From sequence record OR545507.1: a stretch of 64,000 bases of DNA; one strand, 5' to 3'. The notes beneath the pieces are model-generated. The model made no database searches. It saw only the letters and a program-made list of their open reading frames with translations, and had not been told where the DNA came from. Both the position numbers and the translations under genes were made by a program. Of this stretch, positions 1-9,321 are shown piece by piece (position 1 is the stretch's first letter; every line of letters begins with the position of its first letter).

Positions 1-1
1 C

Positions 2-328
2 TGACTCCGTTGGTACGTAGTCATTACAAAACTCAGTAGGGAAGCCGCTAATGTCGTTTACTTCAGTGTTTTGAATCTTCATACCACGACGCAGACATTC
101 GTTGACAATATCAATATGACGCTTCTGTAAGTACAATAACTTGTCGTAAAAGAATGTCACATGACCTGAACCTAACAGATAAGTACTATTAATTTTGAAA
201 TCACGTACACGCTTACGTGCTTGAACGTGTTTTTGTACAGCACCAAATACACGTGGGAGTTCACGATATTCAGCCATCAGATGTTGGTCAGCAAGTTCTT
301 TAACGTGTACTAAGTTAATGCGTGTCAT
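2..328 (-). CDS. denV: Pyrimidine-dimer DNA glycosylase / endonuclease V (3' end runs off the window)
   Basis: Manual translation [64 protein letters not shown] closely matches T4 DenV; GAGGA RBS upstream. Not in the ORF track. Confidence 0.95.
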   Translation of the reverse strand, partial: MTRINLVHVKELADQHLMAEYRELPRVFGAVQKHVQARKRVRDFKINSTYLLGSGHVTFFYDKLLYLQKRHIDIVNECLRRGMKIQNTEVNDISGFPTEFCNDYVPTES

Positions 329-356
329 GTATTCATCCTCTCGTCTTGATGAAATA

Positions 357-393
357 ATTATAGCAAAAAGGGCTGACCGAAGTCAACCCTTTT
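357..393 (-). promoter_or_regulatory. Terminator/promoter cassette copy 1 (GGGTTGAC-TTCG-GTCAGCCC-T5; TTGACT-18-TGnTATAAT)
   Basis: UUCG-capped stem plus U-tract; -35 lies in the 5' arm and an extended -10 follows; sits upstream of denV. Confidence 0.85.
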
Positions 394-395
394 CT

Positions 396-683
396 TTATT
401 CAATGATCCCCAACTTCACAATCTCATACCCGTCCAGATAGCCGTAGGAACACTCAGGTGTTTCATAAGATGAACCATCATGGATGCCCTGGCATTGACT
501 TTTGGAATTCTCAAGCAATCGTTGCAGTACTGATACGTCATCAAGAACGTAATACAAGTTAGCATATAGGTCAGTTACAATACAGTACTCCAACATATCA
601 AATGTATCAATCGAAATTTCAACCTTAGCAAATCGTTTCTTTTCTTTATTATACAGTGCGTACATATTAATCTCCATAATCAA
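396..683 (-). CDS. Hypothetical protein (95 aa)
   Basis: ORF track; co-oriented and tightly packed. Confidence 0.7.
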   Translation of the reverse strand: MIMEINMYALYNKEKKRFAKVEISIDTFDMLEYCIVTDLYANLYYVLDDVSVLQRLLENSKSQCQGIHDGSSYETPECSYGYLDGYEIVKLGIIE

Positions 684-1083
684 GTTTAACTAACTTACCA
701 CCCAGATACCCAAAGTTTTCTGGCTTCGCATCTGAATAGAAGAAGTCAGTACTTAACTCTGAATTCAATGCTAAAGCACACAACTCCACCCAAAATAAAC
801 CCCTATGTTGAACTGGCTTACAACGTTTCTGTACAGTTACTAGTCCAGTACATGATGACCACAACGTAGGACAGATACTACTATCACTACGATTGGAGTA
901 CTGCATCCACGAACGTTCATTGAGGTTAGCTATCATCCCTGTTAAGAATAGCTTCCAACTTTTAAAGGTTGGAATCTTGATAGCATATTCCCCAATGAGG
1001 ATAACAGTTCGTGTTGCACCTTTCAAATCTATATTCATATTTTTAATTAGAAGAACACAAACCAAGTCCAGAACAAATTCCAC
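667..1083 (-). CDS. Minimal protein-kinase-like fold protein
   Basis: GATRTV..(YAIKIP) N-lobe with the invariant Lys, catalytic-loop-like DAKPENFG and DFG-like DYG at the C-terminus. Confidence 0.6.
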   Translation of the reverse strand: MEFVLDLVCVLLIKNMNIDLKGATRTVILIGEYAIKIPTFKSWKLFLTGMIANLNERSWMQYSNRSDSSICPTLWSSCTGLVTVQKRCKPVQHRGLFWVELCALALNSELSTDFFYSDAKPENFGYLGGKLVKLDYGD

Positions 1084-2791
1084 ATTACAAATAAAGACAT
1101 AGTGGTTTTATGTACAATATCAGCAGTACTGGTCCATCCTCCACCGTGTCCTATTCCATTTATGAATAGAACTAAGAACAAGATACCATTTACTACAATA
1201 GTACATACTAAGTACACAAATACATTCCATGCAAGTCCAGGGGATACTAAAGTAAATGGTAAAACTATTAGTAGTATTAGAACTAATAATATTTTCATTT
1301 ATCGCCTCACTTAATTAACGTGACATATCACGTAATATTAGTACGAATCAGATTCCCAGTACTCGATTGCTTCTTTCAGCAATTCTTTAGCACGTTGTTT
1401 TGCAATGCGAGCGGGGAACTGATATGTGTACATTAACTGACGCTTCACTTCATTCAGTGAAAGCTGTTCATGGTACAGTGCATCCATCAGTCGATTACGA
1501 GTACGTAGTTTCATATAAGTTATCCTTATTTCAAAGAATCATAGTAAGCAGTGTCAAAGATTGGAGTCATAATAACATAGTCAATACGGTCAATGTAAGT
1601 TGAACTCCACATTTCTGGTTTGTCATATAACTGACGCTCGCGTTCATTCATACGAGTCAGTACTTCTTCCAATTTACTACGTGAATCCATCAATGTATTA
1701 CTCGAACCATAAGTGAAGTACTCAGTCCAATGATATTCATATTCAGTACTGATAGATTGAATAGTACCATCTTTGAAATGAGCTAAGGCATAACCTTTCT
1801 CTACAAAGTTATCAGGTGGAAGAACACCATCTGGATTAGTTTTCAATGCTTGTGCTAACTTTTCTTTAATTTCATTTAACGTGCATACTGAACGAATGTT
1901 CTTCAGGTTTGATACTTGAAAATCACTGTACTTTCCAAAGAAAAAGACACGCCAATCTTTAGGTTCATTATCAGATACGGTAGCATCAGGGTGATGGGCG
2001 AGTAAACGAAGAAGGCCAGCTTTGTGACCGTTAATGTAGATTTCATGGATGTGGTTAGCAGTTTTCTTAAAAGTAATCATGGTAGTTCCTCGATTGTAGG
2101 GATGAGAAGTTCATCCCCTTGATAAGCATTATACAGTACTGAATGTGTTTGTCAACTCAAAATAAATTCATTTCATGTGCGTATTGTGGTTCAAGATAAG
2201 ATAAGTTTTTGAAACTGTCTTTCAATTCTGCATCATCTACGTACACAGTACCAGGTACATTCCCCATAGTGAAGCCAACCCAAACAGTCATGTTTCCAGT
2301 TCCTAAGCGGGGCATTGATAGCGTCCCGTCAGGTGAAACATCAAACGCTACACTAAAGTCATCCGTTACAACTTCCGAACCATTTTCCAGAATAATACAA
2401 CCACGTTCTTTAAGCTTCTGAATGTGGATAGAAGCCTCTACTGCACGTTTAAAGTTATAGTAAGACTCTTTATCCTCAAACATAGATTGTTTAACCAGAC
2501 GCTTGTTTAGCTCGGTTACTTTGTACATTTGTCGCATTACTTCAACTCCCACAGTTGTAGAATTTCATAAGAGCCTGGTGGTGCTGGATTGATAATCTCA
2601 GGGTATTCAGTACTGTTAGGATTACCACCAGCATTGAACTCAGCAAGTAATAATTCGAGTTCATTCCTATCATGTACAACAAACACGCAATATCCAGTTC
2701 CTTCTTCAAGAACTGTAGTTGACCCCGCACAATCCCATACGGTATCAATACATAATAATTCTTTAGTGTTTTTATTACGCAACGCAAACAT
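1047..2791 (-). CDS. Run of 5 hypothetical ORFs (1047-1298 membrane; 1338-1514, 58 aa, not in track; 1526-2080; 2157-2552; 2537-2791)
   Basis: Co-oriented, abutting ORFs with RBS-like motifs; no recognisable domains. Confidence 0.7.
2128..2155 (-). promoter_or_regulatory. Sigma70-type early promoter TTGACA-16-TATAAT
   Basis: Consensus hexamers, AGTACT in the spacer, followed by a GGGATGA/TCATCCC leader hairpin. Confidence 0.8.
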
Positions 2792-2800
2792 ATTTGTCTC

Positions 2801-3169
2801 CTATCGATTCGGCATATTCTTTCGTAGTCGCAAGAGAAATTCAACCACTGACCATGTTGTAATGAAGGCAATATAAGTTGCAAGGAATCCAGTAAGAATA
2901 AATGCAACCAGCGTACTACCATTTGGGGAATCAGTTTTAATGCCGATGACACCATCGGCTACAGTGAAACATGTAGCCATTAATGTGTAACCTACGTACA
3001 ACACAAAGAAAAACTCATTCTCCATTGAAGGATAGAAACGGTTAAACACTTTATAAAATTTAAAGTACAGTAGGATTATACCAACAAAGGCATAGAATGT
3101 AAACAGTGTTGTTATAATATATGAGATTAGGTTCAAATTATACATATCAACGCTCCGGTAGATTATCAC
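2801..3169 (-). CDS. Membrane protein, tandem paralog 1 of 3
   Basis: About 3 hydrophobic segments; YKVFNRFYPS motif. Confidence 0.75.
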   Translation of the reverse strand: MIIYRSVDMYNLNLISYIITTLFTFYAFVGIILLYFKFYKVFNRFYPSMENEFFFVLYVGYTLMATCFTVADGVIGIKTDSPNGSTLVAFILTGFLATYIAFITTWSVVEFLLRLRKNMPNR

Positions 3170-3494
3170 GTAATGTTTTAATTCGATGATACATTTTCAT
3201 ACCAATATTACCAAAGATACCATATCCAAGTACTAAAATGTATGCGATAAGCATAGTAATAATTACTATAGTACCAAAACTATAATGTACACTACTGATA
3301 CCCATTGTAGTTTCAACGATTATTTGAGAAACTGAAAGAATCAAAAGTACAACTACAATTGGATGATTTGGGTACATTCGGTTGAACAACGTTTTGTACT
3401 TAAAGAAGCACAGTACTCCACCAAATAAGAAGTAAACAATGTAAATGCAAGCAACAGCATAGGCAAACATGTTAGTGTAATAAATCATTACCAA
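3147..3494 (-). CDS. Membrane protein, tandem paralog 2 of 3
   Basis: About 3 hydrophobic segments; YKTLFNRMYPN motif. Confidence 0.75.
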   Translation of the reverse strand: MVMIYYTNMFAYAVACIYIVYFLFGGVLCFFKYKTLFNRMYPNHPIVVVLLILSVSQIIVETTMGISSVHYSFGTIVIITMLIAYILVLGYGIFGNIGMKMYHRIKTLRDNLPER

Positions 3495-3497
3495 TCC

Positions 3498-3836
3498 TTA
3501 CTTTTCAGGGATATTAGAACGCCATATATCAATGCGATGAACTAGTCCAAAGAACAACCATACTGGAACGGCAGCTATCATAACAACAAATGAAAACCCA
3601 GTCAAGACCGATACCAGATTTAATTCATCAGTACTATACCCACATATCAGTACTTCTAATATTCCCCACGTACATGCACAAAACATCAAGAATGAAATTG
3701 GGGCATCATAGTAGATACGTTCATATAAAGTAGTGTATCGGAAGAATGCAATAATGTAGCAAAACATATAATACACCCAAACCAAAGATACTACATAAAA
3801 TGATACTTTGTTTATTAATTCAAAATATTGTTCCAT
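3498..3836 (-). CDS. Membrane protein, tandem paralog 3 of 3
   Basis: About 3 hydrophobic segments; YTTLYERIYYD motif; C-terminus NIPEK resembles NLPER and NMPNR. Confidence 0.75.
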   Translation of the reverse strand: MEQYFELINKVSFYVVSLVWVYYMFCYIIAFFRYTTLYERIYYDAPISFLMFCACTWGILEVLICGYSTDELNLVSVLTGFSFVVMIAAVPVWLFFGLVHRIDIWRSNIPEK

Positions 3837-3838
3837 TT

Positions 3839-4120
3839 TTACCCCAATATATATTCAGAGAGTAATGTATTAGCTTCATCTTTGTTCTTAAGGTAATACA
3901 TGTAATATAGATTCGGTTCACCATCTTTAGCACTCAAATCGAAGTACTTTAAACTATGTACTTTCATAGTAAAAACAAATAATGACTTAAAACCAATCTC
4001 ACCGTACTTAATAAACAGTTCATCCAAATGAATGTAACTTTTTGATTTGGATAATTCTTTAACGTCTGCATCAATTTCAGATAAAAGATGCTTACCTATT
4101 AAGTTTTCAAATGAACGCAT
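3839..4120 (-). CDS. Hypothetical protein (93 aa)
   Basis: ORF track; upstream TTGACA-17-TATTCT promoter at 4157-4185. Confidence 0.7.
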   Translation of the reverse strand: MRSFENLIGKHLLSEIDADVKELSKSKSYIHLDELFIKYGEIGFKSLFVFTMKVHSLKYFDLSAKDGEPNLYYMYYLKNKDEANTLLSEYILG

Positions 4121-4181
4121 GATTTTATCCTTTACCGCAATTTTTATGGTTTATTAAGAATACATCAGAACATCAGTTCTG

Positions 4182-4856
4182 TCAATAAAAAACTGGATCT
4201 TCTTCAGTAATTGGTATTTCTCTACGCACATCACACGAAAGAGGATCAGTAATGAATACATTCCCATCTTTATCCATCATCACATTACTTGAATGAATGT
4301 CTGGTACAAAACGCCCGTGAAACTCTTTCATGATGTTAGCAGCGACCGTTGCAATAGCAATCTCTTCAGAATTTCCACGCATATCATTCACTGAAGTTGC
4401 GTACTGACCAGCATGTGCATACGAATACAAATCTCCAATTTTAGTACTAACAAAGTCATCATAATTATTTTTTTGTTTAATTATAGGATAGTACTTGTCC
4501 ATCTCATACCATCCAAAGTTTCCTTGTTCGTTTGCACTGTAGATCACAGGAAGAAACTTGGTTCCTGCGTTTTCAATGCAGTACTTTGCATAAGCACGAA
4601 AACCATCCCAGCGTGAAGTGGTTACTTTAAATGCACTTCCAGGATAGTTTTTATGTTCAACTACTACAGAGTACATCCCCATTCCAAGCAAAGTAAGTCC
4701 AGCAGCTTTAACTTGTGGAAAGATTACGCGTTCAGCATAAGGAATATCAAACTCCATCGCACAACGAGTTTTTGATGGACGCAAAATGTCAATTAAAGTT
4801 TTGAATATTTCTTGCTTAGTCATTACTTTATCCTCTGTAGTTAATACCAACATCAT
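4182..4856 (-). CDS. Ser/Thr protein kinase, T7 gp0.7-like kinase domain
   Basis: LTLLGMGMYSVV..H..YP..AFKV, D..RAYAKYC, DIHSSNVM and ITDPLS parallel the T7 gp0.7 kinase motifs (LLGNGHFS, VIKV, DMHSGNIM, ITDPVS). Confidence 0.85.
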   Translation of the reverse strand: MMLVLTTEDKVMTKQEIFKTLIDILRPSKTRCAMEFDIPYAERVIFPQVKAAGLTLLGMGMYSVVVEHKNYPGSAFKVTTSRWDGFRAYAKYCIENAGTKFLPVIYSANEQGNFGWYEMDKYYPIIKQKNNYDDFVSTKIGDLYSYAHAGQYATSVNDMRGNSEEIAIATVAANIMKEFHGRFVPDIHSSNVMMDKDGNVFITDPLSCDVRREIPITEEDPVFY

Positions 4857-4888
4857 AACAAAAAAGGCTGACCGAAGTCAACCCTTTT
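4852..4888 (-). promoter_or_regulatory. Terminator/promoter cassette copy 2 (TTGACT-18-TGnTATGAT)
   Basis: Same UUCG hairpin as copy 1. Confidence 0.85.
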
Positions 4889-4892
4889 ATTA

Positions 4893-5312
4893 TCATTTAC
4901 AGTTTTCTATAACTATTGCACGTTTTAGTATTTTACTTTCATAAACATACTTAAGATGACCTTCTTCACGAATACGATTGAACACATATCCTAGTTTATC
5001 TTTTAGTACTGAAGCGGTATCAATGTCAAGATTAACTTCAACCCCTCCTGTTAATTTAACTTTATATGTAAAGCTAAAAGCATCACCAGATTCAACCAAT
5101 GGGACTACTTGTTCATACGTATTCAACATAACTCGTTCATCATTAACTAAATTATATATTACTATATCACAAGTTTTTACCCCAATTTCCTCTAAGGTAG
5201 GAGCATTGTCTACTATAACATCTTTTACTGTATTAGCAACCTGTTTAGCATCTGCTGCATATACATTAAAACTAAAAAGTACTAAAATAATACTTAAAAA
5301 AATCTTTTTCAT
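4893..5312 (-). CDS. Secreted/periplasmic protein
   Basis: Signal-peptide-like MKKIFLSIILVLFSFNVYA-A. Confidence 0.7.
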   Translation of the reverse strand: MKKIFLSIILVLFSFNVYAADAKQVANTVKDVIVDNAPTLEEIGVKTCDIVIYNLVNDERVMLNTYEQVVPLVESGDAFSFTYKVKLTGGVEVNLDIDTASVLKDKLGYVFNRIREEGHLKYVYESKILKRAIVIENCK

Positions 5313-5321
5313 TATATATCC

Positions 5322-5651
5322 TTATTTTATTTTACACGTCATATCGGGTTGTGCTGGTTTATTATTTTTAAACGGATTAGGTTTTTTATCTTTCTTTTTA
5401 TCTTTTAAAGGTTTTTTGTCTTCTTTTTTATCTTTATCTTTGTCTTTTTTATTTTTATCAGGTTCAGAGGGAGTATTACATTGTGCTGGGGGTTGATTAG
5501 TTGGAGTACAGCTATTGTCTGATGGGAGTATTACTTCTTTACAATTGTAAAATAGTAAACTTTTATTTGTGGTTAAATTATGAAAACGATAGTTACGTTC
5601 ATTATTATAATAAATTGTTTTAGTACTTTCAATGTCATTACACATTGCCAC
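5322..5651 (-). CDS. Protein with Pro-rich linker and Lys/Asp low-complexity tail; possibly the C-terminal part of the upstream ORF
   Basis: PDKNKKDKDKDKKEDKKPLKDKKKDKKP tail; in the +1 frame of 5656-5907. Confidence 0.6.
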   Translation of the reverse strand: MAMCNDIESTKTIYYNNERNYRFHNLTTNKSLLFYNCKEVILPSDNSCTPTNQPPAQCNTPSEPDKNKKDKDKDKKEDKKPLKDKKKDKKPNPFKNNKPAQPDMTCKIK

Positions 5652-5655
5652 GGAA

Positions 5656-5907
5656 TCACCGAAACTCTTTTTCTATTCCCATTACATCAGTCTTACGCTC
5701 AGATAGTATACCTGAAGTATATGAATCTTTGTTGTCAAACGCATTAAATCCAATAGTTCTGTCGGTGTCGTGTATTATTCCTTTTGTGTATGAGGTAGTA
5801 TAGAACTCCCCATTTCTGAAATCCTGCCTTGCTACGGAGCAATGATAATCTGCACCATAAGCAGTACTGGAAAATAATACAATTCCAAATATAATATATT
5901 TTTTCAT
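5656..5907 (-). CDS. Secreted protein (likely start 5907, MKKYIIFGIVLFSSTAYG-A)
   Basis: Signal peptide with GAGG RBS; the longer track start at 5982 crosses a terminator. Confidence 0.65.
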   Translation of the reverse strand: MKKYIIFGIVLFSSTAYGADYHCSVARQDFRNGEFYTTSYTKGIIHDTDRTIGFNAFDNKDSYTSGILSERKTDVMGIEKEFR

Positions 5908-5936
5908 TGTAATCCCTCTTCTTAATTCCTCTTTTG

Positions 5937-5971
5937 TATTTACAAAAAAAGGCTGACCGAAGTCAACCTTT
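5937..5971 (-). terminator. Cassette copy 3 (GGTTGAC-TTCG-GTCAGCC-T7, followed by GTAAATA)
   Basis: Same hairpin, just after the stop of the 514-aa gene. Confidence 0.85.
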
Positions 5972-5978
5972 AGTTTTA

Positions 5979-7523
5979 TCATTTACCGTATTTGCTCATG
6001 ATGTCCTTTTCCCAATGAGTTACGTTACCGTTATCGTAATCTTTAAAGGAATTATCAAGAGTAGTTAATGCATATTCGTATGCTTCAGGTGATTCAATGT
6101 CAACATCATCAGCACCATTTACTAAATCAGTCCATGCTTTTTGTAGTTTACGAGCATTTTTACCAACATTACTTTTAATCCAACTAATGTTTTTGTTGAT
6201 ACTCTTATTATCAGCACCAGCTTTTTTACCAATATCGGATATCCACATCATTAGCTTTTGGAGTTCATGAATGGAGTTGTCGTTCATTTCACGATCTTTA
6301 GCCAATTCTGCTTCCATGCCATCAGTATCAGTACCATCTTTAGAACCTACATCAATTCCATGTTTAGCTAATAGTTTACCAAGTTCAAAGAATGCTGCCT
6401 CAGCAGGGAAGTCATAACCTTTGTCTTTGTAGTTGTTCCATGCACTATCAAACTCATCTACAAATCGGTTGGCATAATCTGGATTGTCCACGAGAGCTTT
6501 GTACACTGCCATTGCATGTTCAAATCCTTCTTTGTCAGAACCAAACTCTCCCATTTCTGGACGATGAATGTAACCATCCATATCAACAGTATCAGGTAAA
6601 TCATCATGAGATGTTTCAGCATCTTTCTGGTCAACTGCACCTTCTTCATCTGCACGAACTAAGTAACCATCTTTTGATACTTTCTCACCATGTTCAGCTT
6701 CATACTTTTTCATAGTATTGAATGCAGAATTCATAACAGTGATGAATCGAGACTTCTCACCTGGTGAGTAAGAATCTAATGCTGCTTTAATAGCATCATG
6801 TACTAATTGAATCTTATCATCTTTGCCTTCAAGACGATTTTCTAACTTAGCAAGAACATTCTTAACTTGCTGGGCGTTAGCACGGTCTTCTTTACCTATA
6901 CGGTTAACAGTATGGAGGATGCTTTCAAGACTTGCTTCTTCAGCAGTCGCTTCTTCTTGTCCTTCAAGTGCACGCATGATAGTACTGAATACTTCAGTTG
7001 GTTCAGTACTGGTATTTCCACTCATTGCATCAAGTACAGCTTGTGCTTTGACTTTTAATTCTTCTTTAGGTACAGATTGCAATTCTTTCACAATACCTTG
7101 GATAAGTTGTGGTTTATTAGCAAAAATCTTACCTAACTTATCAGACAATTCTTTGACAGGGTTAACCGCCTTTGGTGCTTCTTGTTTTGGTTCTTCTTTC
7201 GCAGGAGAAGACTTTTCTTTTTCTTCACGTTCCATATCAGCTAGGCGTTGTTTTTGTGTAGCATTAAGAAGTCCCAATGAATTAACATAACGTAGCTTTT
7301 CTAGCTCAGTCATGTTCTCAGTACTCTTAACTTCACCTGCTTCTGCGTTTGCTTTACCAGCTAGACCAGTTCCTTGGTTACGTGATCCACGTGAACCTTG
7401 ACCTGCTTGATAACTATTTGGTCGGCGGTTGCGTTCACTCCATTTATCCGAGTGACCAGCCATGTTACCACCATTTTTATCAGTAAAATTACTTGGCATT
7501 TGATTTCTCTCCATAGATTTCAT
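5979..7523 (-). CDS. Large acidic helical protein, possible late/virion-internal protein
   Basis: 514 aa, D/E-rich; upstream TATAAATA (7540-7547) matches the T4 late promoter consensus; paralogous to 7769-8152. Confidence 0.55.
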   Translation of the reverse strand: MKSMERNQMPSNFTDKNGGNMAGHSDKWSERNRRPNSYQAGQGSRGSRNQGTGLAGKANAEAGEVKSTENMTELEKLRYVNSLGLLNATQKQRLADMEREEKEKSSPAKEEPKQEAPKAVNPVKELSDKLGKIFANKPQLIQGIVKELQSVPKEELKVKAQAVLDAMSGNTSTEPTEVFSTIMRALEGQEEATAEEASLESILHTVNRIGKEDRANAQQVKNVLAKLENRLEGKDDKIQLVHDAIKAALDSYSPGEKSRFITVMNSAFNTMKKYEAEHGEKVSKDGYLVRADEEGAVDQKDAETSHDDLPDTVDMDGYIHRPEMGEFGSDKEGFEHAMAVYKALVDNPDYANRFVDEFDSAWNNYKDKGYDFPAEAAFFELGKLLAKHGIDVGSKDGTDTDGMEAELAKDREMNDNSIHELQKLMMWISDIGKKAGADNKSINKNISWIKSNVGKNARKLQKAWTDLVNGADDVDIESPEAYEYALTTLDNSFKDYDNGNVTHWEKDIMSKYGK

Positions 7524-7539
7524 TTTTTCTCTATGTCTA

Positions 7540-7579
7540 TATTTATAGTATAAAGAAAAGGCTGACCGAAGTCAACCTT
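7540..7579 (-). promoter_or_regulatory. Cassette copy 4 (TTGACT-17-TATACT) overlapping a T4-type late box TATAAATA
   Basis: Read directly from the sequence. Confidence 0.8.
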
Positions 7580-7585
7580 ATTTTG

Positions 7586-7699
7586 TTACTTAGATTGTTC
7601 TTGTGCAGGTGGATTTACTTTTTGATCCACTACATAGAATACACCACCAACCAGTACTGCGGCGATGAGTGCAGCAACTACAAATTTCAAACCTTGCAT
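7586..7699 (-). CDS. 37-aa single-pass membrane micro-protein (not in track)
   Basis: MQGLKFVVAALIAAVLVGGVFYVVDQKVNPPAQEQSK; GAGG RBS; flanked by two cassettes. Confidence 0.7.
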   Translation of the reverse strand: MQGLKFVVAALIAAVLVGGVFYVVDQKVNPPAQEQSK

Positions 7700-7728
7700 A
7701 TATGATACCTCAGTTATATTGAGAAGTT

Positions 7729-7767
7729 ATGATACAACAAAGGGCTGACCTTAGTCAACCCCTTTTT
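7729..7767 (-). promoter_or_regulatory. Cassette copy 5 (loop TAAG; TTGACT-18-TATCAT)
   Basis: GGGGTTGAC-TAAG-GTCAGCCC variant. Confidence 0.8.
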
Positions 7768-7768
7768 A

Positions 7769-8152
7769 TTACTTCTTGAACTTATGTTTTTCACTTTCGA
7801 TTGCATTCACGATTTCATCATGAATTTTACGAAGATTGTGAGTTTTCTTGAGAGAATCATGCAATGCACGGAATGCAGAGTGTACAGTTGCTTTAAAGTG
7901 CTCTTTAGGAGTTACTTTAAGTTTCTCGATAATATCACGTACATAGATTGGGTGATCTTCAAACACACGGTTTAGCTCGTGGCCTAGAGACTCTAGACTA
8001 AACGCTTTTTCACGTGAAGGACGATCATGTGCAAGACTTTGGTCAGGTTTTAGAAGACCTAGTGAATCTAGATATTTGTGCTTATGTGCATTGTCTAGAC
8101 CAGAAATATCAACATCATGGGATGGATCTTTCTTATTCCATTTATCAACCAT
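7769..8152 (-). CDS. Short paralog of the N-terminal part of the 514-aa protein
   Basis: KYLDSLGLL vs RYVNSLGLL; LNRVFEDHPIYVRDIIEKLKVTPKEHFK vs LGKIFANKPQLIQGIVKELQSVPKEELK; TATAAATA at 8189-8196. Confidence 0.75.
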   Translation of the reverse strand: MVDKWNKKDPSHDVDISGLDNAHKHKYLDSLGLLKPDQSLAHDRPSREKAFSLESLGHELNRVFEDHPIYVRDIIEKLKVTPKEHFKATVHSAFRALHDSLKKTHNLRKIHDEIVNAIESEKHKFKK

Positions 8153-8267
8153 TTTTATAACTCCTATAAGAGATAAATTTTACTATAATATTTATAGTTC
8201 CTGTGTCATTTATATGAACTGACATAGAAAATTATATCATATTAAAAATGGTTGTCCCAAAGTTAAA

Positions 8268-8741
8268 TCAGTACTGATCAAGTTCAGATGTAAAAATGAA
8301 TGCATCCATGTCTTCCAACGTAAGTTTTAAGTCTGGTACGTACTTAAGAATAACGCACTCTGGCTTCTTAATAGCAGCTTGATAAGCAGCAATGGCAAGG
8401 GATTCCAACTGCTGTGCTGTATAATTTTTACGTTCTGCATTAAAAACTTTGTTTTTGATATCACCACCTGGGAGTTTTTCAAACTCACGCATAACTGCGG
8501 TAAGAACATCGTCAGCAGTGTTACTATATACCCATTGGGGTAATTGCATTACATTATAAATCACACCACTATCATCCATCAAAGAGATCCATTTATATCC
8601 ATCACTCGCACTAAACAAACGCCCTTTTAGTACTGTGTTATTAGTTAAATTTACAAATGCAAAAATATCTTGTTCGTTAAGTTCAATACTATTAACATTT
8701 ACCCAACTCATTACGATTCCCCATTCATAAATCACGAACAA
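8268..8741 (-). CDS. Hypothetical protein (157 aa)
   Basis: ORF track. Confidence 0.7.
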   Translation of the reverse strand: MFVIYEWGIVMSWVNVNSIELNEQDIFAFVNLTNNTVLKGRLFSASDGYKWISLMDDSGVIYNVMQLPQWVYSNTADDVLTAVMREFEKLPGGDIKNKVFNAERKNYTAQQLESLAIAAYQAAIKKPECVILKYVPDLKLTLEDMDAFIFTSELDQY

Positions 8742-9321
8742 TATTCATTAAACACAATTTAGGTTTTATAGCATTCAACACCCATATGCATTCTTTGTAA
8801 GTAGCTATTATATCATCTAAATGCTCAGTTACAATGCTTTCTTGAAAATATTCTTCATCATTGAGCTTTGCTAATTTAGTAACATCACACGTAGGCACTA
8901 TAGGTCTGGATTGTACACCCATTCCATTATTGATATTAGTGAAATGTACAAAATGGTACTTCACAACACCTTTATCTAGATTTACTATACATGACAAGTT
9001 TTCCAACTCAGTTAGTTCTTTACTACAAGTAACATTAATGAAACCAGTATTATAGGCTCTATAATCATCTACTGATATCTCAAAATCATTACGCTGAAAT
9101 ATAAGTGAAATGAGTTTGTCCAGTGGTTTTACATTCATATATTTTAATGAATTTACGTATGATACTTCAATCTTAGATGAAATTATTTTTTTACTAAGTG
9201 CAGTCAATTCTTTATTAGATTTACCTGTTAATACTATAGGTTTAAACCTAGAACTCTTATTTTTCTTTGATACTTTAAAACGACCTTTACGATTCATATT
9301 TTCCTCAATTAATAATTTCAC
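8725..9321 (-). CDS. EExxFQxS family protein
   Basis: NDEEYFQESIVTE near the C-terminus. Confidence 0.7.
   Translation of the reverse strand: MKLLIEENMNRKGRFKVSKKNKSSRFKPIVLTGKSNKELTALSKKIISSKIEVSYVNSLKYMNVKPLDKLISLIFQRNDFEISVDDYRAYNTGFINVTCSKELTELENLSCIVNLDKGVVKYHFVHFTNINNGMGVQSRPIVPTCDVTKLAKLNDEEYFQESIVTEHLDDIIATYKECIWVLNAIKPKLCLMNIVRDL

Noticed and set aside
5340-5470. Lys/Asp-rich stretch as a DNA tandem repeat
   Set aside because: It is a low-complexity coding sequence with no regular repeat unit.
5908-5982. N-terminal extension MIKLKVDFGQPFF of the 108-aa ORF
   Set aside because: It translates across the terminator cassette; the signal peptide and RBS point to a start at 5907.
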